The position numbers and the translations under genes are program-made. The notes under the pieces are model-generated. The model searched no databases, was not told the DNA's origin, and was given only the letters and a program-made list of their open reading frames with translations. This document shows, in pieces, positions 1 to 9,965 of a DNA stretch of 64,000 nt; the stretch's first letter is position 1, and each line of letters opens with the position of its first letter. The DNA comes from an uncultured Actinomycetota bacterium. Its GTDB lineage: Bacteria; Actinomycetota; Actinomycetes; JAHEKZ01. The stretch covers positions 320,001 to 384,000 of the forward strand of contig CAVQYR010000002.1 in the NCBI GenBank assembly GCA_963718235.1, given 5' to 3'.

Positions 1-120
1 CTCGACTGGCTGGCGGAGCGGGACTTCTCCGCCGTCGAGGAGGTCACCGCGGCCAGCGAGAGCCTCGTCTTCGCGCTGCCCCCAGAGCTGCGGCGCGACC
101 AGAAGGCCGCTGCTCGCTGA
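1..120 (+). CDS. ispH: 3' end of 4-hydroxy-3-methylbut-2-enyl diphosphate reductase (partial)
   Basis: Frame 1 reads LDWLAERDFSAVEEVTAASESLVFALPPELRRDQKAAAR*, resembling actinobacterial IspH C-termini; usual synteny with rmuC and ychF. Confidence 0.75.
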   Translation, partial: LDWLAERDFSAVEEVTAASESLVFALPPELRRDQKAAAR

Positions 121-123
121 CGC

Positions 124-720
124 TCAGCGAGCGCGCAGGCGACGGACCAGCAGCAGGGTCGCGCTCACGGCGACGGCTGCGACCAGCATGGGCGCCGCCG
201 AGGCCAGCACGGTGATGACGCCGGAGGCCAGCAGCCGCAGATCGACCAGGCCGTGGTCGAACACGGTGTCGACGATGGCGACCAGGAACAGGGTCAGCGG
301 TGGTGCGAGCAGGGCCGCGCGCTGGTCGCTCGTTCGCACCTCCCACGCGCAGTAGGCGGCCACCAGGACGAAGGGCACGGCGAACAGCCACCCCAGGCCG
401 CCGGTGAACAGGATCGACAGCACCCCGAAGACCAGGCCTACGCCGGTGGAGAGCACGGCCACGCCGGGTGTGGTCAGTCCGGGCCGGCGCGCAGCCCGGT
501 AGGTCGTTGCGGCCTCTGAGGGGGGTTGTGGCTTGACCGGCTGGCCGGCCGGGGTGGGGACGGGTCGAAACGGCTCCGGCGGCTGGTCCCCCGAGGTGGT
601 GCTCACCACGACCGCCGGGCGATCTCCGGGGCGCTGCGCCACCGGCGACGAGGGCTGAGTCGACGGGGACGCGACCGGGCCGGCCGAGGCACGGGCTGAG
701 GACATGGGTGGTACGGACAC
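124..720 (-). CDS. Membrane protein (DUF6542-like)
   Basis: Pro-rich N-terminus plus ~4 hydrophobic helices; TACCGT -10 six nt before GTG; typical position next to ispH. Confidence 0.65.
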   Translation of the reverse strand: MSVPPMSSARASAGPVASPSTQPSSPVAQRPGDRPAVVVSTTSGDQPPEPFRPVPTPAGQPVKPQPPSEAATTYRAARRPGLTTPGVAVLSTGVGLVFGVLSILFTGGLGWLFAVPFVLVAAYCAWEVRTSDQRAALLAPPLTLFLVAIVDTVFDHGLVDLRLLASGVITVLASAAPMLVAAVAVSATLLLVRRLRAR

Positions 721-756
721 CCCACCACGGTAAGGGGTCCGCGGCGGTGCCCGGGT

Positions 757-1851
757 TCACCCGGTGTCAGCGACCACCGTGTCGCGCAGGCTGCGGACGG
801 TGGGGTCGACCGGGCGAACCACGGTTTCGCCGGTGAGCCGGCCGTCCCCGACCTGTAGCTCGTCGAGCCGACGAGCGCTCACCGTGACCCGGCTCTCCCA
901 GGAGCCGACCGCCTGGTTGTAGGCGGTGACCGCCGACTCGAGCGAGTGGCCGACCCGGCCCAGGTGCCCGGCGAACGTGGTCAGCCGGGCGTAGAGGTCG
1001 CGCCCGACCTGGTGGACCTGCAGCGCGTTCTCGGCCAAGGCCTCCTGGCGCCAGCCGAGGGCGACCGTGCGCAGCAGCGCGACGAGCGTGGCCGGGGTGG
1101 CGATCACCACGTTGCGCGAGAACGCATGCTCGAGCAGTGCGGGATCCTGCTCGAGGGCGGCTGTGAGGAAGGTCTCAGCCGGGACGAACAGCACGACCAG
1201 CTCGGGGGAGTCGCCAACGTGGCTCCAGTAGGCCTTGGAGGCGAGGTCGTCGACATGGGCGCGCAAGTGGCGGGCATGGGCACGCATCCGCTCGTCGTGC
1301 ACTCCGGGGTCGTCGGTCGTGACGGCGTCCAGGTAGCCCGCAAAGGGGACCTTGGCGTCGACCACGAGATGACGGTCACCGGCCAGGTGGACGACGAGGT
1401 CAGGGCGCAGCAGGCCGTCGTCGGTGGTGAGGGTGCGCTGCTCCTCGAAGTCGCAGTGCTCGACGAGCCCGGCGAGCTCGACGACCCGTCGCAGCTGCAT
1501 CTCGCCCCAACGGCCGCGCACCTGGGGAGCGCGCAGGGCGGTGACCAGTGAGGCGGTCTCGTGGCGCAGCGCCTCGGAGGTCTGACCCATGCTCGCAACC
1601 TGGGCCCTCAGCTCGCCATGCGCCTGATCGCGCAGCCGCTCGCTGGTGGCCAGGTGCCGCTCGACCTGCTGCAGGGAAGCCTGGAGGGGTGCCACCAGGT
1701 GCTCAACCGCCTGCTGGCGGTGGGCGAGGTCGGTGGCCAACGCCTGCTGGTGCTCGCGCTGCCACGCGCGGGCGAGGGCCCACCCGGCCCCGACCCCGAG
1801 GAGGAGCCCGAGCGCCAAGCCGGCCAGGAGGGAAGCGGCAGAGAGGTCCAT
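757..1851 (-). CDS. rmuC: DNA recombination protein RmuC
   Basis: N-terminal TM, coiled coil, [29 protein letters not shown] and ATPATLVALLRTV motifs; ATG at 1851. Confidence 0.93.
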   Translation of the reverse strand: MDLSAASLLAGLALGLLLGVGAGWALARAWQREHQQALATDLAHRQQAVEHLVAPLQASLQQVERHLATSERLRDQAHGELRAQVASMGQTSEALRHETASLVTALRAPQVRGRWGEMQLRRVVELAGLVEHCDFEEQRTLTTDDGLLRPDLVVHLAGDRHLVVDAKVPFAGYLDAVTTDDPGVHDERMRAHARHLRAHVDDLASKAYWSHVGDSPELVVLFVPAETFLTAALEQDPALLEHAFSRNVVIATPATLVALLRTVALGWRQEALAENALQVHQVGRDLYARLTTFAGHLGRVGHSLESAVTAYNQAVGSWESRVTVSARRLDELQVGDGRLTGETVVRPVDPTVRSLRDTVVADTG

Positions 1852-1953
1852 GAGCCCACAGTGACGGGTCCCTCTGACAATTCGCCCCAACGCCGTGCGC
1901 GGGTGCTACCGCGCCGAAGGCCACGGCCTGGTCGCCGCCTAGGATCCTGCGCT

Positions 1954-3027
1954 GTGGCACTCACCATCGGCATCGTCGGCCTGCCGAACGTCGGCAAGTC
2001 CACGCTGTTCAACGCGCTGACCAAGAACGACGTCCTGGCGGCCAACTACCCGTTCGCGACGATCGAGCCGAACGTTGGCGTGGTCGGCGTGCCGGACCCG
2101 AGGCTGGGCACGCTCGCCGGGATCTTCGGATCGGCCAAGCAGCTCCCGGCCACCGTGTCGTTCGTCGACATCGCGGGCATCGTCAAGGGGGCCAGCGAGG
2201 GTCAGGGTCTGGGCAACAAGTTCCTGGCCCACATCCGTGAGGCCGACGCGATCTGCCAGGTGATCCGGGTGTTCACCGACCCCGACGTCGTCCACGTCGA
2301 CGGTCGGGTCGACCCGAAGGACGACATCGAGACGATCAACACAGAGCTGTGCCTGGCTGACCTGCAGACGATCGAGAAGGTACTGCCTCGGCTGCAGAAG
2401 GAGAGCCGGCTCGTCAAGGAGAAGTCGAGCGTGGTGCCGGCGGTCGAGGAGGCGCAGGCGGTCCTGGAGTCGGGTCGAACCATCTGGTCGGCGGATCTGG
2501 ACCTCGACCCTCTGCGCGAGCTGTTCCTGCTGACCGCCAAGCCGTTTCTCTACGTCTTCAACATGGACGAGGAGGAGCTCGCCAACGAGGCGCTGAAGAG
2601 CGAGCTGCGCGCGCTCGTGGCGCCGTCCGAGGCGATCTTCCTCGACGCCAAGATCGAGGCCGAGCTGGTCGAGCTCGACGACGCCGAGGCGCTGGAGCTG
2701 TTGCAGTCGATCGGTCAGGACGAGAGCGGGCTCGACCTGCTCGCACGAGTGGGCTTTGCCACCCTCGGGCTGCAGACCTACCTGACGGCGGGGCCGAAGG
2801 AGGCGCGCGCGTGGACGATTCCCAAGGGCGCCACTGCTCCGGAGGCGGCCGGGGTGATCCACACCGACTTCCAGAAGGGCTTCATCAAGGCGGAGGTCGT
2901 GTCGTTCGACGACCTGGTGACCGCCGGCTCGATGGCCGAGGCCAAGGCGGCCGGAAAGGTGCGGATCGAGGGCAAGGACTATGTGATGTCCGACGGCGAC
3001 GTCGTGGAGTTCCGCTTCAACGTCTGA
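1954..3027 (+). CDS. ychF: Redox-regulated ATPase YchF (Obg family)
   Basis: [49 protein letters not shown], ends [10 protein letters not shown]; true start GTG 1954. Confidence 0.97.
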   Translation: MALTIGIVGLPNVGKSTLFNALTKNDVLAANYPFATIEPNVGVVGVPDPRLGTLAGIFGSAKQLPATVSFVDIAGIVKGASEGQGLGNKFLAHIREADAICQVIRVFTDPDVVHVDGRVDPKDDIETINTELCLADLQTIEKVLPRLQKESRLVKEKSSVVPAVEEAQAVLESGRTIWSADLDLDPLRELFLLTAKPFLYVFNMDEEELANEALKSELRALVAPSEAIFLDAKIEAELVELDDAEALELLQSIGQDESGLDLLARVGFATLGLQTYLTAGPKEARAWTIPKGATAPEAAGVIHTDFQKGFIKAEVVSFDDLVTAGSMAEAKAAGKVRIEGKDYVMSDGDVVEFRFNV

Positions 3028-3539
3028 CGGCGTCGCCCTCAGGGCGCCGACCTGCGGGTTTGCCTCGCCCGAGACCGCCAAGTCCGCAGCCAGTGCACAA
3101 GAGACCGAGGCGGATCGACCGATGGACATCGGCAGAGCTGCACAGCCGGCCGCACGGGAGGCGATCGTCCGAGCATCCCTCGATCCGGACGGGCTGCTGC
3201 TCTCGACCTGCTTGAGCTGCTCGGACTGGCACGGCCCGACTGCTACGGCGATGTCACCCCGCCCGACGACGCCATCGATGCGGTCCTCGTCGTCCCTCAG
3301 GACGGCGTGGCCCCCTCGCCCTGGGGGCGTGACTGCGGAAGTCGGTGTGTGCACCCGTGCTGCCTCCCTAGCGTGGGACCAGGCCGCGAGGCTTGTCGCA
3401 GCAATCCCGAAGCGCCGTCTGGGTGACCGCGTCGCTGATGGGTCGGTCCCCGCGGTGGCCTTCGTCGGGGCGCCGGGGACCGTAGCCTCTAGTCGGTTGC
3501 TGCCCCAGGGTGGAGGCTGATCTCGTACCGGAGGTCGGC

Positions 3540-4334
3540 ATGAAGACTGCCTCGGCCAGTCAAGTGGAAGCCTGCTGTGACGCGCTGGTCGTCAGCCGTG
3601 CCCGGTTGTCGGCGGTCATGCGCCAGGTCACGGACCCGAGCGCGACGGCTGTGGGGACGTGGACGATCGGGGAGACCGCCCAGCACTTGTCTGGCTCAGC
3701 GGAGTACTGGCTGGCCGCGATCCGCGGCGACACCGACTTGGAGCGCCTGGACGAGGTTGCCGCATCCAACGCCCGCGCGCTCGCGGCGAACCCCGAGCGC
3801 GACCCGCGCGTCCTAGCCGACCGGCTCGACCGGGGCGAGGACGCCCTGGTCGCCTTCGCCCGGCAGGTCGACGGGGACCCCACCATCGCGCCGTTCGTGG
3901 GCGCGGAGATGCCCCTGTCCACCGTGCTCGGCCTGGAACTGGGGGAACTCCTCGTCCACGGCCACGACATCGCCCGCGCGGCCGGCCTGGCCTGGCCCAT
4001 CGACCCGCACCACGCGCAGCTCACCCTCCAGGGGTACCTCCCGCTGTTCCCCTACCTGTTGAACCGGGAGCGTGCCGCGGGCGTCCACCTCGCGCTGGAC
4101 CTACGGGTGCGAGGCATGCGCCCGGTGGTCGTCCGGATCGAGGACGCAATCTTGACCGTGGAGGACTCCCGCGGCCAGCCGGTCGACGCCCACCTGTCGG
4201 CACAGCCTGCGACTTACCTGCTGCTGACCTGGAACCGGATCTCCCCATGGAAGCCCATACTGCGCGGCCAGCTGACCGTGTGGGGACGCCGGCCATGGCG
4301 TGTGACCGAACTGGGCCCCCTCCTTCTGACCTGA
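3540..4334 (+). CDS. Maleylpyruvate isomerase-family (DinB-like MDMPI) protein with SCP2-like C-terminus
   Basis: WTIGETAQHL and ELLVHGHDIARA metal-site motifs; GGAGG upstream of ATG 3540. Confidence 0.8.
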   Translation: MKTASASQVEACCDALVVSRARLSAVMRQVTDPSATAVGTWTIGETAQHLSGSAEYWLAAIRGDTDLERLDEVAASNARALAANPERDPRVLADRLDRGEDALVAFARQVDGDPTIAPFVGAEMPLSTVLGLELGELLVHGHDIARAAGLAWPIDPHHAQLTLQGYLPLFPYLLNRERAAGVHLALDLRVRGMRPVVVRIEDAILTVEDSRGQPVDAHLSAQPATYLLLTWNRISPWKPILRGQLTVWGRRPWRVTELGPLLLT

Positions 4335-4757
4335 CCCCTGGGAGACGCACGCGATCGGCACCTCGGTTCGGCCCGCCCTCGCCGCTGCGCGATTCAGGTC
4401 GACCATGGCTGCCCGTGCTGAGCGAGCAAGCCGCCGAGCCGTGGCTTCCGCGCCTTCCTCGATGCCTGCGTGCTCGTCTCGAGCCGCACCGCCTCAGCCC
4501 CTAGCCGCAAGGTCGCCTTCCGCTGCCGCAACCAGGCTGACAGAATCCAGAGAGTGGACCCACTTGGCCAGAGCACCGCCGGCTCGAAGACGATCGACAA
4601 GGCACGCCACCTCGGCGGACGGCTGCGCCGACGGGCAGCGAATCTGTGGGCACGGACGGCCGCCGGGGGCCGAGGCAGTCGCCACGATGCAGCGACCCAC
4701 GAGGTGCGGCTGGCGTCGGACCTCTCCATCGTGGAGCAGAGTCCCAAGCAAGGCGAC

Positions 4758-5654
4758 ATGCTCAAATGGGTGAGACTCGACCAGGACGCTGTTGTCCTCG
4801 CCCGCGGCTCGAAACCGAAGCTGACTCGGCTGGACGCACACACAACCGTGATTCGAAGTGGTGCCCCCGAGCCGAAGAATCGCGGTGGCTGGCTGGTTGA
4901 GGGCCGACAAGTCACCCCCATTGCCGGGCCCAAGGCACTCATCGACACCGTGGCAGCGCGCGAGATGCGGCGTCTGCTCCGCATGCACAAGGTCAACTGC
5001 GTGATCGATGCCGGGGCGAACATCGGTCAGTTCGCGGGCCGGGTGCGCGAGTCGGGCTTCACCGGCCGGATCATCTCCTTCGAACCGGTCCCGCAGCTGT
5101 TCAGCGTCTTGGCGGAGTCGGCTGCGAACGACTCGGAGTGGCGGACAGTCCAAGCCGCTTTGGGCCGCGAGGACACGACGGCGACCATCAACGTGACTCC
5201 CGGTGCGGGCCGCTTGAGCTCGCTGCTGCCGTCGAGTGAGTACGGGCGACGGAGGCAGGAGCGGCTGGCGGATGCGTACCCGGTCACGGTTGATGTCCGC
5301 CGCCTCGAGTCGCTGCTGCCGGAACTGCTCGACGGCATCGACGAGCCGCGTATCTACCTCAAGATGGACACCCAGGGATACGACCTCGAGGTGTTCGGCG
5401 GAGTGGGCAGCGGATTGGACCTGGTCGTTGCAGTGCAGTCCGAGGTTTCGTCGATCGCACTCTACGAGGGGATGCCCCACCTGACCGAGGCGCTCGACGC
5501 GTACCGCGAAGCAGGCTTCGACCTGTGCGGGCTCTGGCCGATCACCTTCGAGCCTGGCACCCATCGAGCTCTTGAGTTCGACGCGTTGATGGTGCGCGGG
5601 CCGCAGGAAGACCAGGCACGGCCGTCGCGCAGCCCATCACACGCCATACCCTGA
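4758..5654 (+). CDS. FkbM-family methyltransferase
   Basis: VIDAGANIGQF SAM motif, ISFEP, YLKMDTQGYDLEV; start uncertain (4470-4758). Confidence 0.85.
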   Translation: MLKWVRLDQDAVVLARGSKPKLTRLDAHTTVIRSGAPEPKNRGGWLVEGRQVTPIAGPKALIDTVAAREMRRLLRMHKVNCVIDAGANIGQFAGRVRESGFTGRIISFEPVPQLFSVLAESAANDSEWRTVQAALGREDTTATINVTPGAGRLSSLLPSSEYGRRRQERLADAYPVTVDVRRLESLLPELLDGIDEPRIYLKMDTQGYDLEVFGGVGSGLDLVVAVQSEVSSIALYEGMPHLTEALDAYREAGFDLCGLWPITFEPGTHRALEFDALMVRGPQEDQARPSRSPSHAIP

Positions 5655-5783
5655 CCGGACTCGAGTGTCCCATCGTCTTCAACGTCGTTGCCCTGGCACC
5701 GTCCTCCAGCGGGGATCCATGCAGTCGGGTGCCAGTTCAATCCGATCAGTATCGGATCGGGAACGGATCCCCCCGGCCAGGCT

Positions 5784-6455
5784 TCACGCCCCCGCGGCAC
5801 TCCCCGCCTCGTCCGTACCGAAGTAGGCATCGAACGCCTTGTACCGTCCGGGTGCGAGATAGTCCAAGATCTTGGCGCGAAACGCGCCATCGGGCTGCGG
5901 GAAGGCCAAGAAGTCGGCGACCTCGTTGACCAGTTCCTCGGTCTTGACGATTGCCTTCTCGTGACTCACGAGCAGACAGGGCCGCCCGCTCGCCAAGACG
6001 AATCCCGTGTTGGTGTTGGCGTTGGCGTTGGACTCATGCAGGGACATCCGGGGCGAACGCCGACGGCCGGGTCGGTCCTTACCCGCCTGACTCAGCGCCG
6101 CGGCGACGGCGTCTCGGTAGACGACGATGAAGTAGGGGTTCCGGATGGCGGGTGCCACCTCTGGCAGGTACCCGGCAGCGGCCGGGAACTTCCAGCCCCA
6201 GACGTCGAACTCGGCGTTACGCGCCTCGATCGTCTCCAACATCTCGGCGCGGGTCCGGTACTGGAAACGAGCGTCCTCGTTGTTCTTGCGCGCACCCACG
6301 TTGCCCAGGTCGAGCCCCAGCGCACGGACGAGCCCCGCGATCATGCTCGTTCCGCCCCGCCGGGTACCGAAGATGACATACGTGCGCTGGGACTCAGGTT
6401 CGGCTGCTGGGTTGATGACCACGCTGGTCTCATTCACCAAGTCGGAGTCGGCCAT
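5784..6455 (-). CDS. Sulfotransferase-like P-loop protein
   Basis: IFGTRRGGTSMIAG (5'-PSB-like), WGWKFP, VVYRD; own strong SD AAGGAG before ATG 6455. In frame with the upstream GT in this assembly. Confidence 0.6.
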   Translation of the reverse strand: MADSDLVNETSVVINPAAEPESQRTYVIFGTRRGGTSMIAGLVRALGLDLGNVGARKNNEDARFQYRTRAEMLETIEARNAEFDVWGWKFPAAAGYLPEVAPAIRNPYFIVVYRDAVAAALSQAGKDRPGRRRSPRMSLHESNANANTNTGFVLASGRPCLLVSHEKAIVKTEELVNEVADFLAFPQPDGAFRAKILDYLAPGRYKAFDAYFGTDEAGSAAGA

Positions 6456-7706
6456 GGGTCTCCTTGGTCGCTGGTCGTGAACCTGGCGGCTAGGCGCTCG
6501 AAGCCTGGCTGCGGTGTAGAGGGTCTGCAGTCTGGTCGGTTTGTCGGCAGCCACGTCTTTGGCTGCGGCCAGCTCGCTGATGAGCTGCTCCCAGCGGGCA
6601 GAGATCACCGACTGCGACCGCGTCCGGGCGGTACTCAAGGCCGCGGCCGCAAGCACCTGGCGGCCGTCTTGGCCCAGGTCGATCGTCGCGATGATCTGGT
6701 CGGCAAGGGCCTGCACGTTGCCATTGGGGACGAGGAACCCATTCTTACCTTGCTCGATGATGCTGGCCGGGCCGGAAGGGCAGTCGAAGCTGACCACGGG
6801 GAGCCCGCAGGACATGGCCTCCGCGATCACCATCCCGTATCCCTCGGCTCGGGAGCTGAGCACGAAGATCGATGCCGCTGCGAGCTCGGCGGTCAACCGC
6901 GTGGTGTAGCCCGCCAGGGTGGCCGAGTGCTGCAGACCAAGGCGTTCAATCTGGCTCAGCAGCTGACCGTGCTCAGGCCCCTGGCCGAAGATCTTCAGCT
7001 GCCAGCTCGGGCGGGCCTTCGCCACGATCACCCAGGCGTCCAGCAGCAGGTCGAAGCCCTTGCTGCGCTTCAGTTGTCCCGCTGCCACCACGACCGACTG
7101 CGACAGGTCCGACGGTGGCCCTGGGTAGTCCGGAGTGGCGTTCGGCATGCACTCGATGCGTAGGCCGCGGCCCAGCAGCTTTCGGTATCGGACCGCATCG
7201 GGCTCGGTCAACGTGAGAAACGCGTCCAGGCGCGGCAGGTCCTTCACCATCGCCTGCTTCAGGTCACCGCGGCGGTCCTGGAACGGCCGGTGGTCTTGGC
7301 CGATCCGGACCACCTCGGGTCGACCAAGCCGAGCAACAGCCAAGTTCACTCCGGGTTGCATCCCGACAAGCGCGCCGTCGTGAACGTCAGCCAGGTACCT
7401 CTCCAACGCCCTGTCGGAAGCGATGCTGTAGGCCCGGAAATGCGGCTCGTTCGGTGGCATGAACACGCTCGGAGCCGCTAAGTCCTCGCGCGTCAGGTCA
7501 GACGAAGGCGCCCCCGGCCAGTTCTCGACCAGCGACCGCACGGTCACCCCACGCGGCAGCGCATGCACGGGTTCCTCTTGGTTGCGCACGACGCTGACGA
7601 GCTCTACCTCATGGCGCGTAGCCAGATCCTCAGCGAGGTTGCGGACGACCGTCAGCACTCCTCCGCCTGCACCGAAAACGGTGTGCATGAGAAATCGGAT
7701 CTTCAC
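6434..7706 (-). CDS. Glycosyltransferase family 4 (GT-B)
   Basis: GGVLTVV, KGFDLLLDAW, SSRAEGYGMVIAEAMSCGLPVVSFDCPSGP; 3' end uncertain (possible +1 error near 6501). Confidence 0.85.
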
Positions 7707-7778
7707 GAGACTCCAGATCGGGTTAGGTCACCGAGTCGGCATCCTACGGGCAACTCTCGCGGACGTCGTTGTGACAGG

Positions 7779-8882
7779 ATGGGAGTCGTGGAGCTGCCGC
7801 GGGGGCCGGGTTCTTCACCCCCCGTCGTCTTCGTGCACATTGGTTGCCCGAAGTCTGGAACCAGCCACATTCAGGCACGGTTGTCGGCCAACCATGACGA
7901 GGCTGCCCGGCAAGGCCTCTATTGGCCGATGCCGTGGGGCCGCCAGGTCCGGGCTGTCCGGGACGTCCGGTCGCTGGGTGTCGACGACCGACTGAAGCCA
8001 GCTGGAGCCTGGACCCACTTGTGCCGCGAGATCAACAGCTGGGAGGGCGGCGCGGCGCTCGTGTCCATGGAGTGGTTGGTAGGTCTTCGGCCACATCAGA
8101 TCAAGTCCTGCATCGAAGCACTCGAGCCGGCGAGGGTCGAGGTAGTCTGCAGCGCCCGGGACCTGGGGCGCACCTTGCCTGCTCACTGGCAGGAGTCCAC
8201 GCAGAACTACAAGCAGTGGACTTGGGACGAGTTCGTCTCAGCCGTCACCAGCGACAGCGACGTCAGACATCCCGCCAAAGCGGAGTTCTGGAATCAGCAC
8301 AACGTCCCGAACATCCTGCGACGGTGGAACGCAGTCGTGCCAATGGACCGCATCCACCTGGTGACGATCCCACCTGCGGGCACCGACCCCGATGCGCTCT
8401 GGCAACGCTTCGCATCGGTGCTACCGATTGACGGCAGTCGATTCCACCCTCCGGATCGGCAGAACACTTCCCTTGGGGTGGTCTCGGCCAGCCTCATGCG
8501 GCGGGTCAACGAGGAGGCTCGAGTCCGCGGCGTCTCCAAGGCCGTTTACACGCGCTACATCAAGCAGTTGCTGGGCAAACAGGTACTAGCACAACGAAGC
8601 GAGTCGGAGGATCCGATTGCCGTTCCACGGCGCGTCGAAGCCTGGTTGCGCCGCAGAGCCGACTCCATGGTCCGAGAGCTGGCTGACATGCCCGTTGACG
8701 TCGTCGGAAGCCTTGATGACCTTTTTCCCCGCCCCGCCCCATCTGATGGCCGGTCGCCCAATGCGGTCAACGACCACGAGTTGCTCGCAGCCGCGGTCAG
8801 CACGTTGGTGGAAGTTCTAGAGGTGATGGCCCGTGGCGACGCCGGCCCGGAACCGCTCGGGGACACCGGCGCGACGCAATGA
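7779..8882 (+). CDS. Sulfotransferase-like P-loop protein
   Basis: VFVHIGCPKSGTSHIQ N-terminal motif, VSMEWL, ARDLGRTLPAHWQE. Confidence 0.7.
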   Translation: MGVVELPRGPGSSPPVVFVHIGCPKSGTSHIQARLSANHDEAARQGLYWPMPWGRQVRAVRDVRSLGVDDRLKPAGAWTHLCREINSWEGGAALVSMEWLVGLRPHQIKSCIEALEPARVEVVCSARDLGRTLPAHWQESTQNYKQWTWDEFVSAVTSDSDVRHPAKAEFWNQHNVPNILRRWNAVVPMDRIHLVTIPPAGTDPDALWQRFASVLPIDGSRFHPPDRQNTSLGVVSASLMRRVNEEARVRGVSKAVYTRYIKQLLGKQVLAQRSESEDPIAVPRRVEAWLRRRADSMVRELADMPVDVVGSLDDLFPRPAPSDGRSPNAVNDHELLAAAVSTLVEVLEVMARGDAGPEPLGDTGATQ

Positions 8883-8912
8883 GCTCCACGTCAGGGCTGG
8901 TACGCTCCCGAA

Positions 8913-9959
8913 GTGGCCAAGGGCTTTCTGCACATTGGAACAATGAAGTCGGGCAGCACCTTCCTCCAGAGCACGTGCGCCGAGAACCGTCGGGTCCTTC
9001 GACGGGCAGGAATCGGTTTCTACGGACCGGAGACGAGAAGCGCCGTCCTTGACCTGAAGCAGGCGCGCAAGCTCCCCGAAGAGAATGTCGGCGACTGGTC
9101 GAGGTTCGCCGCCAAGGTGAGAGCAACACCAACCGACGTGTTGATCTCCAACGAGTTGCTGTTCCCCATTCCGACCGAGACGATCCGGGAGGTGGCGACC
9201 TCACTCAGCAGCCACGAGTTGCATGTCATCGTCACGCTTCGAGACATCACGAAAGTGGCACCTTCGCACTGGCAGGAGCGCATTGCCGAGGGCTCACGCG
9301 TCGGATGGACCGAGTTCTGCAACGCGGTGTGTCGCGACTCTCGAGTCACGAACGCCTCTCGGGGCTTCTGGGCTGCCTACGACGTCGTACCGGTGATCTC
9401 GAAATGGTCGCAGCTGCTGCCCGCTGAGCGATTCACCGTCGTGGTGGTACCGCCGTCCGGGAGCGACCCCCGGTTGCTGTGGGATCGGTTCCTCGCGGCC
9501 ATCAACGTGCCGGGCGCCGGTACGGAGCTGGCTTCGCACAGCAACCCGTCGATGGGCGCGACTTCCACTGAGCTGCTCCGAGAGGTTGCCGCGCAAGCCA
9601 CGGATCTACCTGGTCTTGACCGACGGCGCGCATTCAGGAACGTGCTCGCAAAGCAAGTCCTGACCCAGCGCAGCTCGAAGGAGCCTCGTTTCACACTCAC
9701 GCCCGCACATCAGACAATTCTCAAGGCACGAGCAATCGAGATGGCAGACGGTATCCGGGCCGCGGGGGTTCGGGTGATCGGCAATCTGGACGACATGATT
9801 CCAGCTGACGAGCCTTCGCCCGGGATCCAACCGGACGAGATCACCGAAGCCCAGCTGCTCGAGGCGGCCGTCTTCGGGTTGGCCGAGATGTGCCGCCAGA
9901 TGGCACAAGACCGAGCGCAGATCATTGCTCTGAAGAACGAGAGCGCCACCGAGCGGTAG
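8913..9959 (+). CDS. Sulfotransferase-like P-loop protein (paralog of previous gene)
   Basis: FLHIGTMKSGSTFLQ, ISNELL, LRDITKVAPSHWQE; colinear with 7779-8882. Confidence 0.7.
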   Translation: MAKGFLHIGTMKSGSTFLQSTCAENRRVLRRAGIGFYGPETRSAVLDLKQARKLPEENVGDWSRFAAKVRATPTDVLISNELLFPIPTETIREVATSLSSHELHVIVTLRDITKVAPSHWQERIAEGSRVGWTEFCNAVCRDSRVTNASRGFWAAYDVVPVISKWSQLLPAERFTVVVVPPSGSDPRLLWDRFLAAINVPGAGTELASHSNPSMGATSTELLREVAAQATDLPGLDRRRAFRNVLAKQVLTQRSSKEPRFTLTPAHQTILKARAIEMADGIRAAGVRVIGNLDDMIPADEPSPGIQPDEITEAQLLEAAVFGLAEMCRQMAQDRAQIIALKNESATER

Positions 9960-9965
9960 CGGCGG

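Noticed and set aside
3028-3539. ORFs 3122-3520(+) and 1939-3354(-) in the gap after ychF
   Set aside because: No recognisable motif or convincing codon bias; no tRNA or ncRNA recognised.
5784-7706. Novel GT4-sulfotransferase fusion (640 aa)
   Set aside because: A strong internal SD+ATG at 6455 and a natural-looking stop in the +1 frame favour two genes joined by an indel. Not fully excluded.
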